Shown here: positions 60,347-64,000 of the stretch, piece by piece | Layout: every line of letters begins with the position of its first letter | Position numbering within the stretch: the stretch's first letter is position 1 | Source: Parasitella parasitica NRRL 2501 | Taxonomy: Eukaryota; Fungi; Mucoromycota | Reading direction: 5' to 3' | DNA: 64,000 nucleotides | NCBI GenBank assembly: GCA_025201805.1 | Contig: MU619244.1 | Coordinates: forward strand, 166,095 to 230,094 | Made by a program: the position numbers and the translations under genes | The notes under the pieces: model-generated | Database searches by the model: none | What the model was told of the DNA's origin: nothing | What the model saw: the letters and a program-made list of their open reading frames with translations, nothing else

Positions 60347-62240
60347 AAAATGTTGAAGTAAATGATAAATATCACGGCGTTTGTGGTAATATATATTAGC
60401 GTTTCTGATAACAAACCTTCTATTTCTGATACAAGCCGACAAGTTTCTGAGAGAAGATGAGCCACACCTGTTTTATCGTTTTACTATGAAGAAAGGTGTA
60501 CTTGTAGCATCAAAAATACTTGCTTTATAGAGCTGTATCATGTACTAGAATTGATATTGACGTGATATCATCTCCAGACAGATATTTTTTTACAGCTTAA
60601 AAGCAAGAACTTTAGCTTCGTATGCCATTTTTGAGTGATTTTCATCACCAAAAGTGCTCTGAAAACACCAGAAATAGCATCCATTGGGAAAAAACTATAT
60701 TATATATGATTTTGGTGCAATTTGAGCATGATTTTTTTTTCGATGCAAAATCACGGATTTTTTGGATTTTTTCCTTGTATCCACACATCTAAAATCGTCG
60801 ATTATGCATTATTCACGGTTTTGACCTCAAAAATGCGACTTTTTAATATAGGATATATTGGAGGAAAATGATCGTAAAAGACCATTCCTTGATCTGAAAG
60901 ACTGAAAATGCGCTCTGATTAAGCAAAATATTGACTTTTCCCTCTTGAACTGATTCGAGGTTTTCTCGACATAATTCCTTCCATAAGCATACGAGAATTA
61001 TGAAATACTACCATCCGTGTAGAGCGTCCAAAAATACAGCTATTATCATAGACTGAAAGCCGTGGTATGCATAGTATCGGAGGATGATATCTTGCCTCAA
61101 AGGAGTAATTTTGTTTTCGAAGTATCCAAATAGAGCTTCTGAAAGAACTTTTCCTTCCTGATTTTGGATGCGTTTAATCTCCGCTTTTAAAGAAAAATGG
61201 TGCATTTTTCAAGAAAGTATTAGCTTTTGAGAAGCTATGGCTAACCCAATTCAAGATAAAAACAATTGAAACCTAATTTATTCAAATTCTGTGCTTCTTG
61301 AATTTCTAATGGTAGTACTTGCATGTCTGTACCTGGCCTGACGATCTCACGCTCCGATTTTGAAAAAAAAAAAAATACTTTACTGAAAAAAAGCCAGAAA
61401 AGTCGCTGCCTTCATCTGATGTCAACTTCAAAAGTACAAAAACTTGCTCTAAGCTATGCAAATATTTAGTCAAAAAGGCGCCTTATAGTCTAATGCATTA
61501 CTTTGCATTACTTGTGTTTGTGTTTGAGATCGCTAAACATTGTTCTCTTACAGTTTTTGTCTTTTTTTTTTTCTGACAATAGCACACCGAAGTTTGCGTC
61601 GACTAAACAAAGAATCAGGCGCCTAAAATCTACGATGGCTTTGCAAAGGCACACAGTTTTGAACCATTGCAATATTATGAAAAAGAAGACACAGGTTTGA
61701 CTAGCAGTTCAACTGTGGAACTAGATATGGAGAACCCAGCTTGGTACTTGTCTGACCAGACCTTCTATACTAGAAAACGCCAGATCAACTGAAGGTATAA
61801 GAAAGTGCCAGAGAAAAGGAAACAATCTGCCGCCAGGATAATACGCCCATTCATAAAAAATTATCTGTACAGAAATTTATGAAATTCCAAGGACATAAAC
61901 GTGTTCATCTTCAACCTTGCTCTCCATTCCTGAATCCAATTAAAGGTTTTAGATTCAAAGTCGACAGACATATTTACACCCAGAGTCACAGACGTTTGTC
62001 AATAGACAACCGTAACCTTTTTTTAAAGATTATACCTTGAACTTCAAGACAAAATATTGTCTTTGTATCTTCACTATGAATAAAGCAAAGCAATTACTCT
62101 CTTTCTCTAGATATGGAAATCCCCACTTATCTTTTTAGGGAGACGTTTCTCTTCTGTCAGGAATAAAAGGTTTATTACCAGAAACCCTAATATATATTTA
62201 CCACAATCACCATGACCTTTATCATTTACTTGTACTTTTT
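60347..62240. mobile_element. ~1.9-kb non-autonomous TIR element (copy B) with ~70-bp imperfect terminal inverted repeats
   Basis: Left end gttgaagtaaatgataaatatcacggcgtttgtggtaatatatattagcgtttctgataacaaacctt is an imperfect reverse complement of right end aaggtttattaccagaaaccctaatatatatttaccacaatcaccatgacctttatcatttacttgtac. 60347-61603 matches 12382-14278. Confidence 0.75.
61835..61960 (+). mobile_element. Small Tc1/IS630 DDE fragment inside the TIR element
   Basis: QDNTPIHKKLSVQKFMKFQGHKRVHLQPCSPFLNPIK is a decayed DN..IH...LP.YSPFLNPIE. Confidence 0.7.
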
Positions 62241-62269
62241 TTTTTTTTTTTTTTTTTTTAGAAAATTTT

Positions 62270-62300
<31 letters not shown>

Positions 62301-62636
62301 CTCAGAAACTGTAAAATGACAGTAATTTCATGCGCTTTGCTTTGCGAACACTGGCACAAACATGTGCACATTGTAGCAAAAGTCGTTTTCTTTACTATAC
62401 TAGAATAATCCTTTTTGTATAACCAATTAGGCTGATTTAGGACATTTCGTTAGGTAAGAGCTGTTATGAGATGGCGATGGATGGATCGATTGCTGCTCAT
62501 GGATATGTGACCTTCTGTGACCGCCTCAGTTACAGATCATGAAAGCCATCGTTTGAAGTTTTTAAAAAGAAAAAAAAAAAAAAAAAAAATTGTCCTCTTC
62601 TTTTAATACAACAATTATAAAAACAAGCTGATTGTC

Positions 62637-63941
62637 ATGGCAGGAATCAGTAAGTGCGAAAGATACAATATGATGGAAACATCAGTCCTGATATCTTGTA
62701 AAAAAAAAAAATTTAGAAGCGAAAAAGGGACGTAATGCCGACCGTTTCAATGGAGCAAGTAAGGAACCATACACACACAGCAGCAATAGAGTCATGCTGA
62801 TTGATTGACCTGCCCAAATAGAAGGAAAAAAAGATCCTGGTGTGCCCAACTTTGCCGGCTTCAAGCAAAAGAAACAAAACAAAGACGAGGCTAACCGTAA
62901 AAAGGTAAAACAATCAAAAGTACCAAAAATTCTGGCAAAAAAAAAGCTTTTAATTCAGACATGGCATCGTAGATTGCAGGCAACAAAGAACGTCAAGACT
63001 TGGCCCGGCAAAATCTGCAAAACAGTAATAGAAACTTGAACATCTTTGATATGGTCAAGAGCGCCGAGAAACGAAGCCAGGAATTCGACGATACTGTAGG
63101 CAGCAATGAGCACGACAAGGTCATTACCGACGCCGCAGCTACTGGGCAAAAAGATAATTCCAAAAAGGCCTATTATCGTGAGTTCAGAAAAGTTTTGGAG
63201 AACGCCGATGTTATTTTGGAAGTTTTGGATGCTCGTGATCCACTGGGGACTCGTACTCGAAGTGTTGAGCGTATGGTCATGGATAGCGGTCTGGACAAGA
63301 AGATCATCTTGGTGATGAACAAGATTGATTTGGTGCCAAAGGAAAATGTAGAGCAATGGCTGAAATACTTGAGGAATGAATACCCAGCCATTGCGTTTAA
63401 AGCATCAACGCAAAGCCAACGTAACAATCTGAGTCAATCCAACGTTTCGACTGATGTAGCCAGCAGCAACATGCTGAATTCGGCCGAATGCCTGGGAGCG
63501 GATACATTGATCAAACTCTTGAAGAACTATTGTAGAAATGTCAACTTGAAAACATCGATCACAGTAGGCATTGTCGGGTATCCCAACGTTGGGAAATCGT
63601 CCGTCATCAACTCCCTCAAAAGATCCAAGGTATGCGGCGTCGGATCTACTCCTGGCTTCACAAAAGTAGCTCAACAGATTACACTGGATAAAAATATCAA
63701 ATTGCTCGATTGTCCCGGTATTGTGTTTGCCCAGCAAGGCCAAGATGGACAAAATGCAGCTGAGATTACGTTGAGAAATTGTGTCAAAGTCGAGCTGCTA
63801 GATGATCCCATTACGCCTGTTGAAGTAATTGTTTCAAGATGCACAACCGAGCAGCTGATGAAAATGTATAATGTCGCTTATTTCAATAATGCGCATGAAT
63901 TTCTGGTTTTATTGGCTCAACAACGTGGTAAACTTAAAAAG
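62637..63941 (+). CDS. NUG1: Nucleolar circularly permuted GTPase Nug1/GNL3 (nucleostemin-like), 3' end beyond window
   Basis: Short 5' exons with KKDPGVPN; then AYYREFRKVLENADVILEVLDARDPLG, G4 NKIDL, G1 GYPNVGKSS, TPGFTK, G3 DCPG, RGKLKK followed by a probable splice donor at ~63942. Confidence 0.92.
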
Positions 63942-64000
63942 GTTGGATGATTTTTTTTGGTTTTAGTTTATATTTTTCGCTAATTTTTTTTTTTTTTTTT

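Noticed and set aside
62255-62490. RRPE/PAC-like ribosome-biogenesis promoter motifs upstream of NUG1
   Set aside because: AAAATTTT lies within poly-T tracts and no exact GCGATGAG is present; not distinguishable from background.
1-64000. Fanzor/TnpB or other RNA-guided nuclease next to the Tc1, Helitron or Crypton elements; tRNA or rRNA genes
   Set aside because: No RuvC-type DPG / E..TS..C..C / RD.NAA motifs in any listed ORF, and no tRNA or rRNA signature seen by eye. A profile search is needed to exclude highly decayed copies.

Overview
Eukaryotic, intron-rich, AT-rich draft scaffold with 4 N gaps. Short (50-80 nt) GT-AG introns and the gene and transposon content point to an early-diverging fungus, most likely Mucorales (inference). 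Positions 1 to ~21 kb are a transposon island. It holds a piggyBac-type remnant, an open 3-exon Crypton-type tyrosine recombinase with a GCR1_C tail whose HxxR motif reads HxxH, four decayed Tc1/IS630 transposases, an internally deleted Helitron, two 3' LINE fragments, a DIRS1-like remnant, a 6-exon PD-(D/E)xK-like pseudogene, parts of a non-coding TIR repeat family and one apparent host gene. Positions ~21-64 kb are mostly host genes: YPI1-like PP1 inhibitor, ThrE/Prm10-like transporter, a type I membrane protein, INTS3, an AIG1/FAR-17a-like membrane protein, a PXA+PXC nexin, a GRIP golgin, an IFI6/IFI27 (ISG12)-family protein, a ~2930-aa Rim15 kinase, CreC/WDR20, an intronless orphan, a Ral2-like Kelch-BTB protein and a Nug1/GNL3 GTPase. 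This part also has a retro-pseudogene of a divergent ubiquitin-like-eS31 fusion and a second copy of the TIR element. No rRNA, tRNA or CRISPR was seen, and no clearly new multi-gene system is demonstrable from sequence alone. The best leads are the Crypton with its upstream palindrome, the TIR family, the REase-like gene, INTS3, the ISG12 protein and the canonical Rim15 receiver domain. All family calls come from motif recognition by eye, not database searches.
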